Positions 33,254 through 43,127 of a DNA stretch of 64,000 bases are shown here, in pieces. The stretch is from an uncultured Lachnospiraceae bacterium. GTDB taxonomy: Bacteria > Bacillota > Clostridia > Lachnospirales > Lachnospiraceae. A model generated the notes under the pieces. The model did no database searches. It saw only the letters and a list, made by a program, of their open reading frames with translations, and had not been told where the DNA came from. The position numbers and the translations under genes were made by a program. Each line of letters begins with the position of its first letter. The stretch's first letter is position 1. The stretch spans positions 7,961 to 71,960 of the forward strand of contig UQLY01000013.1 of assembly GCA_900542015.1 (NCBI GenBank). Direction: 5' to 3'.

Positions 33254-33396
33254 ATTTTTGTATCGATCAAAGGAAACCTTTATAAAAACGCCGGTACTTA
33301 ATCCGCGTATTTTGCGGATTTATGTACCGCTGCGTTTTTATACCCCAAGGGCACAAGTAGAGCGCAAGCGTGTTTCCGTGATCGATACAAAAATTG
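33254..33396. repeat. MITE-like palindromic repeat, copy C (~143 bp)
   Basis: An ~85-bp core nearly identical to copy B (1 mismatch), flanked by terminal inverted repeats aatttttgtatcgatcaaaggaaac / gtttccgtgatcgatacaaaaatt. It lies between the convergent zinc-ribbon gene and prs. Confidence 0.85.
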
Positions 33397-33414
33397 ATAA
33401 ACATGACACCCTTT

Positions 33415-34599
33415 TTACACTTCCCCTTTTTTATATCTTGCCAGCAAATTCTGAATCCTGTCGCTGGGATTGAGCAGATCGCTGATGGAAGCGTCATGAT
33501 TGAGCGTGTCGATAATATAGGCGATATATTTGCTCATATCGCAGTCAATGTAATAAGGTCTTTCCAAAAGCTCCGGAGTCTGGTAAATCAGATTGGTGGT
33601 CAGGATATCGTCGATAAAGCCTTCTTCATATGCCTGATCAAATTTCGCAAGTCCGTTTGTAAACAGTCCGAAGGTCGCACAGATGAAAATGCGGTTTGCT
33701 TTGCGCTTCTTTAGCGCCGCCGCGACTTCCAATACGCTTTCGCCGGAAGAGATCATATCGTCCACGACGATAATATCCTTGCCTTCCACGCTGGAGCCCA
33801 GAAATTCATGGGCGACGATGGGATTGCGACCGTCTACAATCTGCGTGTAGTCCCGGCGTTTATAAAACATACCCATATCCAGTCCTAATACGTTGGCGAT
33901 ATAAATAGCACGGCTCATACCGCCTTCATCGGGGCTGACAACCATCATATGATCTGAATCAATCGTCAGATCCCTGACATGGGAAAGAAGCCCTTTGATA
34001 AACTGGTAGGCGGGCTGAACGGTTTCAAAACCGTTTAAGGGAATTGCGTTTTGTACCCGGGCGTCATGAGCGTCAAAGGTAATAATGTTGTCCACGCCCA
34101 TATTGACAAGCTCCTGCAGGGCGATTGCACAGTCAAGAGACTCGCGGGTACTTCTTTTATGCTGCCTGCTTTCATAAAGAAACGGCATAATAACGGTAAT
34201 TCGTCTTGCCTTTCCGCCGACAGCGGCGATAATACGCTTTAAATCCTGGAAATGATCGTCAGGAGACATATGATTGGGATGTCCGCATAGGGAATAGGTC
34301 AAAGAATAGTTTGCTACGTCTACCAACAGATAGAGATCGGTGCCTCTGACCGATTCTAAAATGACGCCTTTTGCTTCGCCGGAACCGAAGCGGGGTACTT
34401 TTGCTTTGATTAAATAGGAATCGCGCTGGTAGCCTTTGAAGGCAAGGCTGTCGCTGTGGGCGTTTTCACGTTCCGTTCTCCAGTCAACCAGATAATTGTT
34501 GACCTTTTCTCCGAGAGCCTTACAGCCTTCCAGAGAGATAATTCCCAAAGAGCCTACGGGAATGGTTTCCAGGTTTCTCATTTCTTCACGTTTGGACAT
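33415..34599 (-). CDS. prs: Ribose-phosphate pyrophosphokinase (PRPP synthetase, long form)
   Basis: 394 aa with the PRPP-binding loop IIVVDDMISSGESV and a typical Prs fold. Confidence 0.9.
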   Translation of the reverse strand: MSKREEMRNLETIPVGSLGIISLEGCKALGEKVNNYLVDWRTERENAHSDSLAFKGYQRDSYLIKAKVPRFGSGEAKGVILESVRGTDLYLLVDVANYSLTYSLCGHPNHMSPDDHFQDLKRIIAAVGGKARRITVIMPFLYESRQHKRSTRESLDCAIALQELVNMGVDNIITFDAHDARVQNAIPLNGFETVQPAYQFIKGLLSHVRDLTIDSDHMMVVSPDEGGMSRAIYIANVLGLDMGMFYKRRDYTQIVDGRNPIVAHEFLGSSVEGKDIIVVDDMISSGESVLEVAAALKKRKANRIFICATFGLFTNGLAKFDQAYEEGFIDDILTTNLIYQTPELLERPYYIDCDMSKYIAYIIDTLNHDASISDLLNPSDRIQNLLARYKKGEV

Positions 34600-34611
34600 G
34601 ATGAAAGATCC

Positions 34612-35586
34612 TCACTTTCTCTTATCTTGAAATTTCTTTAGCATTCGAATATCTCGTCCCTCAAATTTACAAAAAGTGAAATGACTGCTGACACGGGAAA
34701 AAATTCTTTCCGAATAGCGTCTGTTCAGTTCATCCAAAGTCAGATTCGTAGAAATCAGGGTGGCTTTCTTTAGCAGATCCCGGTTGTTCAGGCAGGTAAA
34801 TAAATCCGCCTTTACTCTTTCGCTGATGGCTTCGGTGCCCAGATCATCGATAATCAGAAGGTCGCATTGGTTAATATCCTCCAGGAAGGAGAAATAAGCG
34901 TCCTTATCGTCCTGGAAGCGATAATCCACAAAATTTTTGAAAAATTTATCCGCGCTGTAATAGGTAACCGAATGTCCCTGTTCCATCAATTCCTTTGCGA
35001 TGCAGCAGGATAGAAAAGTTTTACCAGTACCAACATTACCATAAAATACAAGATTTTGGTAGTCCGAGTTGAAATTTCCCGTAAACTTTTTGCTGACGTT
35101 TAAGGCGTTGGCATAGGAAGCGGCTTCCGCTTCGTTGAAATAATCAAAAGAAAGGGTATCAAAATTCTGTACCGTGATCAGATCAAAAATGCCGGACTGC
35201 TCAAATAAAAGTCTGGTCTGCGCCTCGATAAAACAACTGCATTTGGCGCGGCTTTCGGGAAGAAAGCCCGTATCATGGCACTTTTGGCAGGTATAAATGG
35301 GAGCGAGATAATCCTTCGGATAACCCGCGTCCGTCAAAATACGGTCCCTTTTGTCCATCAGAAGCTCCTCTTTGGTCTTAGCGGCGGTAAAAGCGTCCGT
35401 ATCTTTGTCCAGGTTCGCCTGCATACGCTGCATACGCAGGCTACGCAGCTCGTCCTCCGTATCAAAATAGGCGGGGAGCTTTTGGCGGATCTCCTCGGTG
35501 CGTTCCACCTGAATCCTGTGATTTTCCAGGCGGATATTATCGTATTTTTCCATAATGGAATCAAATTGCTTGTTGCTCAAACCCAT
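34612..35586 (-). CDS. Helicase loader, DnaC/DnaI family AAA+ ATPase
   Basis: Walker A GNVGTGKTFL, Walker B LLIIDDLGTE, and an N-terminal Cys-cluster (CQKCHDTGF...CSCF) like the DnaI zinc module. Confidence 0.8.
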   Translation of the reverse strand: MGLSNKQFDSIMEKYDNIRLENHRIQVERTEEIRQKLPAYFDTEDELRSLRMQRMQANLDKDTDAFTAAKTKEELLMDKRDRILTDAGYPKDYLAPIYTCQKCHDTGFLPESRAKCSCFIEAQTRLLFEQSGIFDLITVQNFDTLSFDYFNEAEAASYANALNVSKKFTGNFNSDYQNLVFYGNVGTGKTFLSCCIAKELMEQGHSVTYYSADKFFKNFVDYRFQDDKDAYFSFLEDINQCDLLIIDDLGTEAISERVKADLFTCLNNRDLLKKATLISTNLTLDELNRRYSERIFSRVSSHFTFCKFEGRDIRMLKKFQDKRK

Positions 35587-35612
35587 AAGCGGTACCTCAT
35601 GTGAATATGTAT

Positions 35613-36689
35613 CTAGTTGCTCAGTAACATTTTTTCCAGCTCGTCATAATCGTAAGAACGCTGTTGAAAGTCGTTGAAGCCGCCGTCCTTTTTGGAAGGA
35701 GAGGCAGGAGCCTTCTGATGAGAAGTATCCAGGGCTTCGATATCCCTGAGGTTTTTGACATTGGCGTCATGCCATTTGGTCAGGATCGCGTTGGTATATT
35801 GGAAACGGTTGTGATCCGTGGCAAGCACGGCACGTTCGCACGCTTTGAGCACGATGTCGGTGGAAAAGCCGAACTGCCCGAACCATTTTTTGATATAGGC
35901 AACCTCCGGTTCCGTAGGCTCGGCGTTTTTCCCGAGGGCGCGCATAACGCTGTATACCTGTTTATCGTATTTGGAAGTCCGCAGCTTTGCCTGGCGGACA
36001 GTGGATATATGTGCCTCCGCCCAGTCAACGGCTACCTTTTCCATATAGGAAAACTGTTTTTTGCCCCTGCCTACACAGTATTGGATCAGATAATCGATCA
36101 GATCGGTGGAAAAGCCCAGCGTATCATAGATAAAAAGCAGGGTCTCCAGATCGCTGCGGGACAACAGCCTGCCCGTATATTGTTCGGCGATAAAAATAAT
36201 CTGAGAGGTCTCGTTGTTGCTGCGAAAGGCTGCAAGATCGTCTGCGGAAAAAGACGTCCTGACCGGAGCCGTATTTTTGGAAACAGCAGGCTTTGGCGTT
36301 TCCTTTGCAGGCTTGGGATTCTCCGCGGCAAGCTTGGGAGAAAAGGACACAATTTCAGCCTTGGAGCTCATGGACGGAAAGGGGAGCACATGCACCGCCT
36401 TCAGATTCTGCTCGCCGTCATAATCGAGAGAAAGGAGCTTTAACTTTTCCCAGTAACGCAGCGCGCGCAGTACGTCCTTTTCCGTATAATTAAAGCGGTC
36501 GGCAATATCCGAAATGCTAAAGGACAGCTTCGCTCCCGTCATGCGGATCAGATACAGATAGATTTTAATTTGAGCATCATTGGCGGATACCATATATTCG
36601 TCGATAAACTGATTGGATATAATGGTGGCGTCCTGTCCCTGCTCCTGATAAATTGTTAAATGAGACATCTTATCACCCGGTTTATTCAT
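35613..36689 (-). CDS. DnaD-domain replication initiation/membrane attachment protein (B. subtilis DnaB/DnaD-like)
   Basis: 358 aa with a C-terminal DnaD-like domain (...FGFSTDIVLKACERAVLATDHNRFQYTNAILTKWHDANV). Forms an operon with the loader gene. Confidence 0.75.
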   Translation of the reverse strand: MNKPGDKMSHLTIYQEQGQDATIISNQFIDEYMVSANDAQIKIYLYLIRMTGAKLSFSISDIADRFNYTEKDVLRALRYWEKLKLLSLDYDGEQNLKAVHVLPFPSMSSKAEIVSFSPKLAAENPKPAKETPKPAVSKNTAPVRTSFSADDLAAFRSNNETSQIIFIAEQYTGRLLSRSDLETLLFIYDTLGFSTDLIDYLIQYCVGRGKKQFSYMEKVAVDWAEAHISTVRQAKLRTSKYDKQVYSVMRALGKNAEPTEPEVAYIKKWFGQFGFSTDIVLKACERAVLATDHNRFQYTNAILTKWHDANVKNLRDIEALDTSHQKAPASPSKKDGGFNDFQQRSYDYDELEKMLLSN

Positions 36690-36791
36690 TCTTTAAAGCA
36701 AGTGAAAGTATAGCATAATCGGAGCAAAAATGAAATAGTAAATTTTTCGCGAACCCGCATAAAACCTAGATTTTCACAACTTTGTTTAAAT

Positions 36792-36954
36792 TGTGGATAA
36801 TGTGGATATCAGGTGGACATAATTTAAAAAAATTGTCGATACCACAGGTTGGGCAGGGGTTTGTCAAGAAAATAAAAATAATTTATGTAAATTAAAATAT
36901 CCACAACAAAAAGTGGGTAATTTTCACAGGTTTGTTGTGGATATTGTGGATAAT
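36792..36954. promoter_or_regulatory. Cluster of DnaA boxes (2 perfect TGTGGATAA, 3 single-mismatch) upstream of the dnaD-like/dnaI-like operon
   Basis: Perfect boxes at 36792-36800 and 36946-36954. One-mismatch boxes at 36801-36809, 36897-36905 (opposite orientation) and 36937-36945. Confidence 0.6.
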
Positions 36955-38330
36955 TATTTTTTTAACAGGTTTTCGCCGATATTTACAACGTCTCCGGCTC
37001 CCATAGTTATCAACAGGTCCCCGGGGGAATAATTTTTTTTCAAAAAAGCTTCGATTTCTTCAAAGGTGGGAAAATAATCGCATGGCGTTCCCAGCTTTTG
37101 TATTTCCGTCTGCAGGGTCCCCGAGCTGATTCCCAGAGTGTCGGTTTCCCTTGCGGCATAAATGTCGGCTAAGACCACATGGTCCGCGGCTGACAGCGCC
37201 CTGGCAAATTCGGGAAGGAAGGCGCGGGTCCTCGTGTAAGTATGGGGCTGGAACACGCACCACAGCTTTTTGTGGGGATAGTGCGCTGCGGCTGACAGCG
37301 TCGAAGCGATCTCCGTAGGGTGGTGTGCATAATCGTCGATGACAGTAACGCCGTCCACCGTGCCCTTTAACTGAAAGCGCCTATCCGTGCCACTGAAATG
37401 ATGCAGAGCGTCTTTTGAGACTTCCCGGGGAATGCCCAGGATATCGGAAAGCGCGATTGCCGCGAGGGAATTGTATACATTGTGTTCGCCGGGAACGCCC
37501 AGCGATATTTTTTCTTTTTTGCCGTCGTGGCAAAGTACATAGGAAGGTCTCGCCAATTCATCGTATGCAATCGCCTCCGGATAATAATCGCAGGCGCTTT
37601 CTTTGCCGTAGGTAACGACGCGGCAGTCCAGTCCGTTTGTGATTTCCTGCAGGGAAGGAATATCCCCGTTGATAATTAAAGTGCCGTCTTTGGGAAGCAA
37701 AGATGCAAATTTTTGGAAAGAATGACGGATGTCCTGAATATCTTTAAAAAAGTCCAAGTGGTCTTCCTCAATATTTAAGATGAGGCTGATCTTCGGATAA
37801 AAGCTTAAAAAGCTGTTGGTATATTCGCATGCTTCGGTAACGAATAAGCCGGACGCGCCTACACGGATATTGCCGTGAATGGAAGGCAGTATTCCGCCGA
37901 TGGATAAAGTAGGGTCCGCATCCGCGGCAAGGAGGATTTCGCTGATCATGGAAGTCGTGGTCGTCTTGCCGTGGGTGCCGCTGACGGCGATGGGAGTGTC
38001 GTAGTTACGCATGATCTGTCCCAGCAGTTCTGCTCTGGTCAGGCAGGGGATGCCGAGATCCCTTGCGGCGCAAAGCTCGGGATTGTCATCGTGGATCGCT
38101 GCCGTATAGACGACGGCGTCGGTATCTTTGGTAATATTGCCGGCGGACTGTCCGTAAATGACGGAAGCTCCTTTTTCCTCAAGATGGATTGTCAGAGCGC
38201 TTTGTCTGGCGTCGGAACCGGAAATGACAAAGCCCCGGTCCAGCAAAACTTCGGCGAGACCGCTCATACTGATACCGCCGATGCCGATAAAGTGGACATG
38301 AATTGGTTTGTTAAAATTGATATGGTACAT
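36954..38330 (-). CDS. murC: UDP-N-acetylmuramate--L-alanine ligase
   Basis: 458-aa Mur ligase with N-terminal GIGGISMSGLAEVL and Mur ligase middle and C-terminal domains. Confidence 0.95.
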   Translation of the reverse strand: MYHINFNKPIHVHFIGIGGISMSGLAEVLLDRGFVISGSDARQSALTIHLEEKGASVIYGQSAGNITKDTDAVVYTAAIHDDNPELCAARDLGIPCLTRAELLGQIMRNYDTPIAVSGTHGKTTTTSMISEILLAADADPTLSIGGILPSIHGNIRVGASGLFVTEACEYTNSFLSFYPKISLILNIEEDHLDFFKDIQDIRHSFQKFASLLPKDGTLIINGDIPSLQEITNGLDCRVVTYGKESACDYYPEAIAYDELARPSYVLCHDGKKEKISLGVPGEHNVYNSLAAIALSDILGIPREVSKDALHHFSGTDRRFQLKGTVDGVTVIDDYAHHPTEIASTLSAAAHYPHKKLWCVFQPHTYTRTRAFLPEFARALSAADHVVLADIYAARETDTLGISSGTLQTEIQKLGTPCDYFPTFEEIEAFLKKNYSPGDLLITMGAGDVVNIGENLLKK

Positions 38331-38707
38331 GGATACACTTCCTATTCGTTATTCCTTTTTTCATTCTTTTTTCATTATAACCACCTGCGGAGGAAAAACC
38401 AACTGTTATTTTGAAGAAGCTCAAAAAAACGTAAAAGGGGGGATTTTTATACAATTTTAACAAAAAATGGTACTAATATACCAAAGAACAAAAAGAACAA
38501 ATGTGCAAAATGACGGGGAAAATATACAAAAGAAAGATAGATTTTGTATATTTTTTACATAAACTTTGAAAAAAGGAAAGATTTTATTTGTAAAAAATAT
38601 TCACTTTAAAATGATAGTATGCTATAATCAATTTGTTATTTATTAAAAACATTCTTTTCGTAATATTAGATGGTTGGATATTTGGAGAGATAGCAAGAGG
38701 TGAAGAC

Positions 38708-39982
38708 ATGATTAAGAAAGAAATGATTGCCATGCTGTTAGCTGGAGGACAAGGCAGCAGGCTTGGCGTATTGACAGCAAAGGTGGCAAAACCCGCTGTA
38801 TCCTTTGGCGGCAAATACCGCATCATTGATTTCCCGCTCAGCAACTGTATCAATTCAGGGGTTGATACGGTGGGCGTACTGACTCAGTATCAGCCGCTTC
38901 GGCTGAATACGCATATCGGCATCGGTATTCCGTGGGATCTGGACAGGTCAATCGGAGGGGTTACGGTTCTTCCACCTTATGAGAAGAGTTCCAATACGGA
39001 ATGGTATACAGGTACGGCAAACGCCATTTATCAGAATATCGATTATATGGACAGCTTCAATCCCGACTATGTGCTGATTCTGTCAGGGGACCACATCTAT
39101 AAGATGGATTATGAGGTTATGCTGGATTATCACAAGTCCAAAGGGGCTGAGGTCACGCTTGCGGCGATGCCGGTACCGTTAGAGGAAGCGAAGCGTTTCG
39201 GTATCCTGATTACCGACGAGGACCGCAGGATCAATGAGTTTGAAGAAAAACCGGAAAACCCCAGAAGCAATCTGGCAAGCATGGGTATCTACATATTTAA
39301 CTGGAAGACGTTAAAAGAGGCGCTGATTGCCAACGCACAGCAGCCGTCTCTGGATTTCGGCAAGCATGTAATCCCGTACTGCCACGCAAAGGGCGCGCCC
39401 TGCTACGCTTATGAGTACAACGGATACTGGAAGGACGTAGGCACGCTCAATTCCTATTGGGAAGCAAATATGGAGCTTATCGATATCGTACCGGAGTTTA
39501 ACCTGTATGAGGAATACTGGAAGATTTATACCAAGTGCGACAAGCTGCCGCCGCAGTACATTTCCTCCAACAGCGAGATTGAGAAATGTATCATCGGCGA
39601 AGGCGCGCAGATTTACGGTAAGGTTTACAATTCCGTAATCGGCTGCGGCGTTACGATCGGGGAAGGAACGGTAGTCAGGGATTCCATTATCATGAACGAC
39701 GCCGAGATCGGCTTTGGAGGCAATGTGGAAAAAGCGATCATTGCCGAAAACGTCCGCGTCGGAGATCATGTTAAGATCGGCGTCGGAGAAGAAGTTGAAA
39801 ATGATACCGCACCGCATATTTATAATCATGGATTGGTATGTATAGGAGAAAAATCCGTTGTGCCAAGCGACGTTACCATCGGAAAGAACGTGGTAATTTC
39901 CGGCGTGACAGGTGTGGAAGATTATGACAACATGTGTCTGGCAAGCGGCAAATCTTTGATTAAGGCAGGTGACGAGGTATGA
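38708..39982 (+). CDS. glgC: Glucose-1-phosphate adenylyltransferase
   Basis: [21 protein letters not shown]...; ATG at 38708 with RBS AAGAGGTGA. The ORF track start at 38633 adds a hydrophobic non-homologous extension. Confidence 0.9.
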   Translation: MIKKEMIAMLLAGGQGSRLGVLTAKVAKPAVSFGGKYRIIDFPLSNCINSGVDTVGVLTQYQPLRLNTHIGIGIPWDLDRSIGGVTVLPPYEKSSNTEWYTGTANAIYQNIDYMDSFNPDYVLILSGDHIYKMDYEVMLDYHKSKGAEVTLAAMPVPLEEAKRFGILITDEDRRINEFEEKPENPRSNLASMGIYIFNWKTLKEALIANAQQPSLDFGKHVIPYCHAKGAPCYAYEYNGYWKDVGTLNSYWEANMELIDIVPEFNLYEEYWKIYTKCDKLPPQYISSNSEIEKCIIGEGAQIYGKVYNSVIGCGVTIGEGTVVRDSIIMNDAEIGFGGNVEKAIIAENVRVGDHVKIGVGEEVENDTAPHIYNHGLVCIGEKSVVPSDVTIGKNVVISGVTGVEDYDNMCLASGKSLIKAGDEV

Positions 39983-41097
39983 GAGCGATAGGAATTATTT
40001 TAGCCGGCGGCAATAATCACAGGATGGGAGAGCTGTCCAAGAAAAGAGCGATCTCAGCTATGCCCATTGCCGGAAGCTACCGCAGTATTGATTTTGCATT
40101 GAGCAACATGACCAACTCCCGTATTCAGAAAGTAGGAGTGTTTACACAGTATAATGCCAGAAGTCTGAATGAACATCTGAGCTCTTCCAAGTGGTGGGAC
40201 TTCGGCAGAAAACAGGGCGGCTTATTCGTGTTTACGCCGACGGTAACCAGCGATAACAATTCCTGGTACAGGGGCACGGCGGATGCGATTTATCAAAACC
40301 TCTCTTTCCTGAAGGAAAGCCATGAGCCTTATGTGGTTATCGCGTCGGGCGACTGCGTATACAAAATGGACTACAACAAGGTGCTGGAATATCACATCGC
40401 CAAAAAAGCGGATATTACCGTTGTCTGCAGGGACATGGAGCCGGGAGAGAACGTAGACCGTTACGGCACGATCAAAATGAATGAGGATTACCGCATCGAA
40501 GAGTTTGAAGAAAAACCCATTGTGGCGAAATCCAATACGATTTCCTGCGGTATCTATGTGATCCGCAGAAGACAACTGATCGAGCTGATCGAGAAATGCG
40601 CGGAAGAGAACTTATATGATTTTGTTAAGGACATCCTGATCCGTTACAAGAGCCTGAAAAGAATCTACGGCTATAAGATGACGGATTACTGGAAAAACAT
40701 TGCGACGGTTGAGGATTACTTCAACACCAATATGGACTTCTTAAAACCGGAGATCCGCAACTATTTCTTCAGACAGTATCCGGACGTATATTCCAAGGTG
40801 GATGATCTTCCGCCGGCAAAATATAATGTGGGAGCGAAACTGAAGAATTGTCTGATTTCCAGCGGAAGCATTATAAACGGAACCGTGGAAGATTCCGTTA
40901 TCTTTAAAAAGGTATTTGTGGGTAACAATTGTACAATCAAAAATTCCATTATTTTGAATGACGTTTACATCGGAGACAATGCATACATTGAAAACTGTAT
41001 TGTGGAAAGTCACGACACCATTCGCGCCAATTCGTACCTGAAAGGGGAAGACGGCATTAAGGTAGTGGTAGAGCAAAACGACAGATTTGTAATTTAA
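39979..41097 (+). CDS. glgD: Glucose-1-phosphate adenylyltransferase subunit GlgD
   Basis: 372-aa paralogue immediately after glgC with a degenerate NTP-transferase motif, typical Firmicutes glgCD pair. Confidence 0.85.
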   Translation: MRAIGIILAGGNNHRMGELSKKRAISAMPIAGSYRSIDFALSNMTNSRIQKVGVFTQYNARSLNEHLSSSKWWDFGRKQGGLFVFTPTVTSDNNSWYRGTADAIYQNLSFLKESHEPYVVIASGDCVYKMDYNKVLEYHIAKKADITVVCRDMEPGENVDRYGTIKMNEDYRIEEFEEKPIVAKSNTISCGIYVIRRRQLIELIEKCAEENLYDFVKDILIRYKSLKRIYGYKMTDYWKNIATVEDYFNTNMDFLKPEIRNYFFRQYPDVYSKVDDLPPAKYNVGAKLKNCLISSGSIINGTVEDSVIFKKVFVGNNCTIKNSIILNDVYIGDNAYIENCIVESHDTIRANSYLKGEDGIKVVVEQNDRFVI

Positions 41098-41127
41098 TCG
41101 GTCAGAAAGGACTAAGGGGGATACTAA

Positions 41128-41403
41128 ATGAACATTACTGACGTACATGTGCGAAAAATCAGTCACGAGGGTAAAATGAAGGCTGTAGTATCTATTACTT
41201 TGGATGATGTGTTTGTAGTGCATGACATCAAGGTAATTGACGGTGAAAAGGGATTATTCATTGCAATGCCCAGTAAAAAGACTGCCGACGGAGAGTATCG
41301 GGATATTGCACATCCGATCAATTCGGCAACGAGAGAAATGATTCAGACTACGATTCTGAACGCCTATGAGGACGCGTTGTCAGCAGAGGAGCCGGAGGCG
41401 TAG
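41128..41403 (+). CDS. spoVG: Septation protein SpoVG
   Basis: 91 aa, [49 protein letters not shown]..., essentially the SpoVG consensus. Confidence 0.95.
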   Translation: MNITDVHVRKISHEGKMKAVVSITLDDVFVVHDIKVIDGEKGLFIAMPSKKTADGEYRDIAHPINSATREMIQTTILNAYEDALSAEEPEA

Positions 41404-41500
41404 GAAACTGTTTTTTTCGAGCAGGTAAAACTGAGAAGAGGGTATAAAAGAGGCTGATGTCGGGGGGCGTCGGCTTCTTTTGCGGAAAGGAAGGAAAAGA

Positions 41501-42481
41501 ATGAAAATAGGAATTATCGGTTATGGAAATCTGGGAAGAGGCATAGAATGCGCCGTCAGACAGAACGAGGATATGGAGTTAGCCGCGGTATTTACGAGAC
41601 GAAACCCCGGAGACGTCAAAATCCTGACGCAGGGGGTCCCCGTATATTCCGTGGATGAAGCGGAAAAGATGCAGGGCAAACTGGACGTGGTAATCCTTTG
41701 CGGAGGGAGCGCGACGGATCTGCCGAAACAGACGCCGGTCTATGCGAAATATTTTAACGTAGTGGACAGCTTTGACACCCATGCAAAAATTCCGGAGCAT
41801 TTTGACCGAGTGGACGCGGCGGCAAAGGAGGGCGGACATGCCGCCCTGATTTCCTGCGGCTGGGACCCGGGCATGTTTTCCTTAAACAGACTGTATGCAA
41901 ACGCCATACTGCCGGAGGGAAAAGATTATACCTTTTGGGGAAAAGGCGTGAGCCAGGGGCATTCCGATGCGATCCGGCGCGTGGAAGGCGTGAAGGACGC
42001 AAAGCAGTATACCATTCCCGTAGAGGAAGCGCTGCAGCAGGTAAGAAGCGGCAGCAACCCGGAGCTTACCACGAGACAGAAGCATATCAGGGAGTGCTTC
42101 GTGGTTGCAAAAGAGGGAGCGGATAAGGCAAAGATTGAAGAGACGATCAAGACGATGCCCGATTATTTTGCGGATTATGATACGATTGTGCACTTTATCA
42201 GCGAAGAGGAATTAAAAAGGGACCACAGCGGCATTCCTCACGGGGGATTTGTGTTCAGAACGGGAGAGACAGGGTGGAATAAAGAGCATAAGCATGTGAT
42301 AGAATACAGTTTGAAGCTGGATTCCAATCCGGAGTTTACGGCTTCGGTACTGCTTGCCTATGCAAGAGCCGTCAACCGCCTGCAAAGAGAAGGACAGACC
42401 GGAGCCAAAACGGTCTTTGACATTGCTCCGGCATATTTAAGCCCCAAATCCGGAGAAGAATTGAGAAAACATTTGCTGTAA
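41501..42481 (+). CDS. ddh: meso-Diaminopimelate D-dehydrogenase
   Basis: MKIGIIGYGNLGRG... Rossmann N-terminus and Ddh-family length. ATG at 41501 with RBS GGAAAGGAAGG; the ORF track TTG start is 41480. Confidence 0.8.
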   Translation: MKIGIIGYGNLGRGIECAVRQNEDMELAAVFTRRNPGDVKILTQGVPVYSVDEAEKMQGKLDVVILCGGSATDLPKQTPVYAKYFNVVDSFDTHAKIPEHFDRVDAAAKEGGHAALISCGWDPGMFSLNRLYANAILPEGKDYTFWGKGVSQGHSDAIRRVEGVKDAKQYTIPVEEALQQVRSGSNPELTTRQKHIRECFVVAKEGADKAKIEETIKTMPDYFADYDTIVHFISEEELKRDHSGIPHGGFVFRTGETGWNKEHKHVIEYSLKLDSNPEFTASVLLAYARAVNRLQREGQTGAKTVFDIAPAYLSPKSGEELRKHLL

Positions 42482-42552
42482 AGGTTGAAATGCTTCGCTT
42501 CCTATGATAAAAAATGGGATAAGAAGTGAAAAAAGAAAGGCAGGCAGAAAAA

Positions 42553-43125
42553 ATGTTTATCGTCGCAGGACTCGGAAACCCGTCGAAGGAATATGATAAA
42601 ACGAGGCATAACGTTGGCTTCGATACCGTTGATTATCTTGCAGAAAAATATGGGATCACCATAGGAGAAAAAAAGCATAAGGCGCTGACGGGGAAAGGGA
42701 TCATCGCGGGGGAAAAGGTTGTGCTGTTAAAGCCCCAGACCTTTATGAATTTAAGCGGAGAGAGTATCCGTGCGGCGCTGGATTTTTACAAGGCGGACGA
42801 AACGACGCAGTTGATTGTGATCTACGACGACATTTCCCTGCCGCCCGGGCAGCTTCGTATCCGCAAAAAGGGAAGCGCCGGAGGACATAACGGAATCAAA
42901 AATATTATCGCCCATTTGGGGCATGACCGGTTTATGCGGATCAAAATCGGCGTCGGAGAAAAACCGGCGGGATACGATCTTGCCGCCTATGTGCTGGGGC
43001 GTTTTTGCGCCGCCGAGCGGGAAATTATGGAGGAAGCTTTTGAAAAAGCTGCGGACGCCGTGGAGGTCATGATAACCGAAGGACCGGATGCGGCAATGAA
43101 TTTATATAATGTTAAGAGGAAATAG
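42553..43125 (+). CDS. pth: Peptidyl-tRNA hydrolase
   Basis: MFIVAGLGNPSKEYDKTRHNVGF... canonical Pth N-terminus. The ORF track GTG start is 42526. Confidence 0.9.
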   Translation: MFIVAGLGNPSKEYDKTRHNVGFDTVDYLAEKYGITIGEKKHKALTGKGIIAGEKVVLLKPQTFMNLSGESIRAALDFYKADETTQLIVIYDDISLPPGQLRIRKKGSAGGHNGIKNIIAHLGHDRFMRIKIGVGEKPAGYDLAAYVLGRFCAAEREIMEEAFEKAADAVEVMITEGPDAAMNLYNVKRK

Positions 43126-43127
43126 AC

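Noticed and set aside
36771-36956. Chromosomal origin (oriC) because of the DnaA-box cluster
   Set aside because: No dnaA or dnaN gene and no AT-rich unwinding element are adjacent. The cluster sits in the promoter region of the dnaD-like operon. dnaB is 33 kb away with the ribosomal genes, not next to the boxes.
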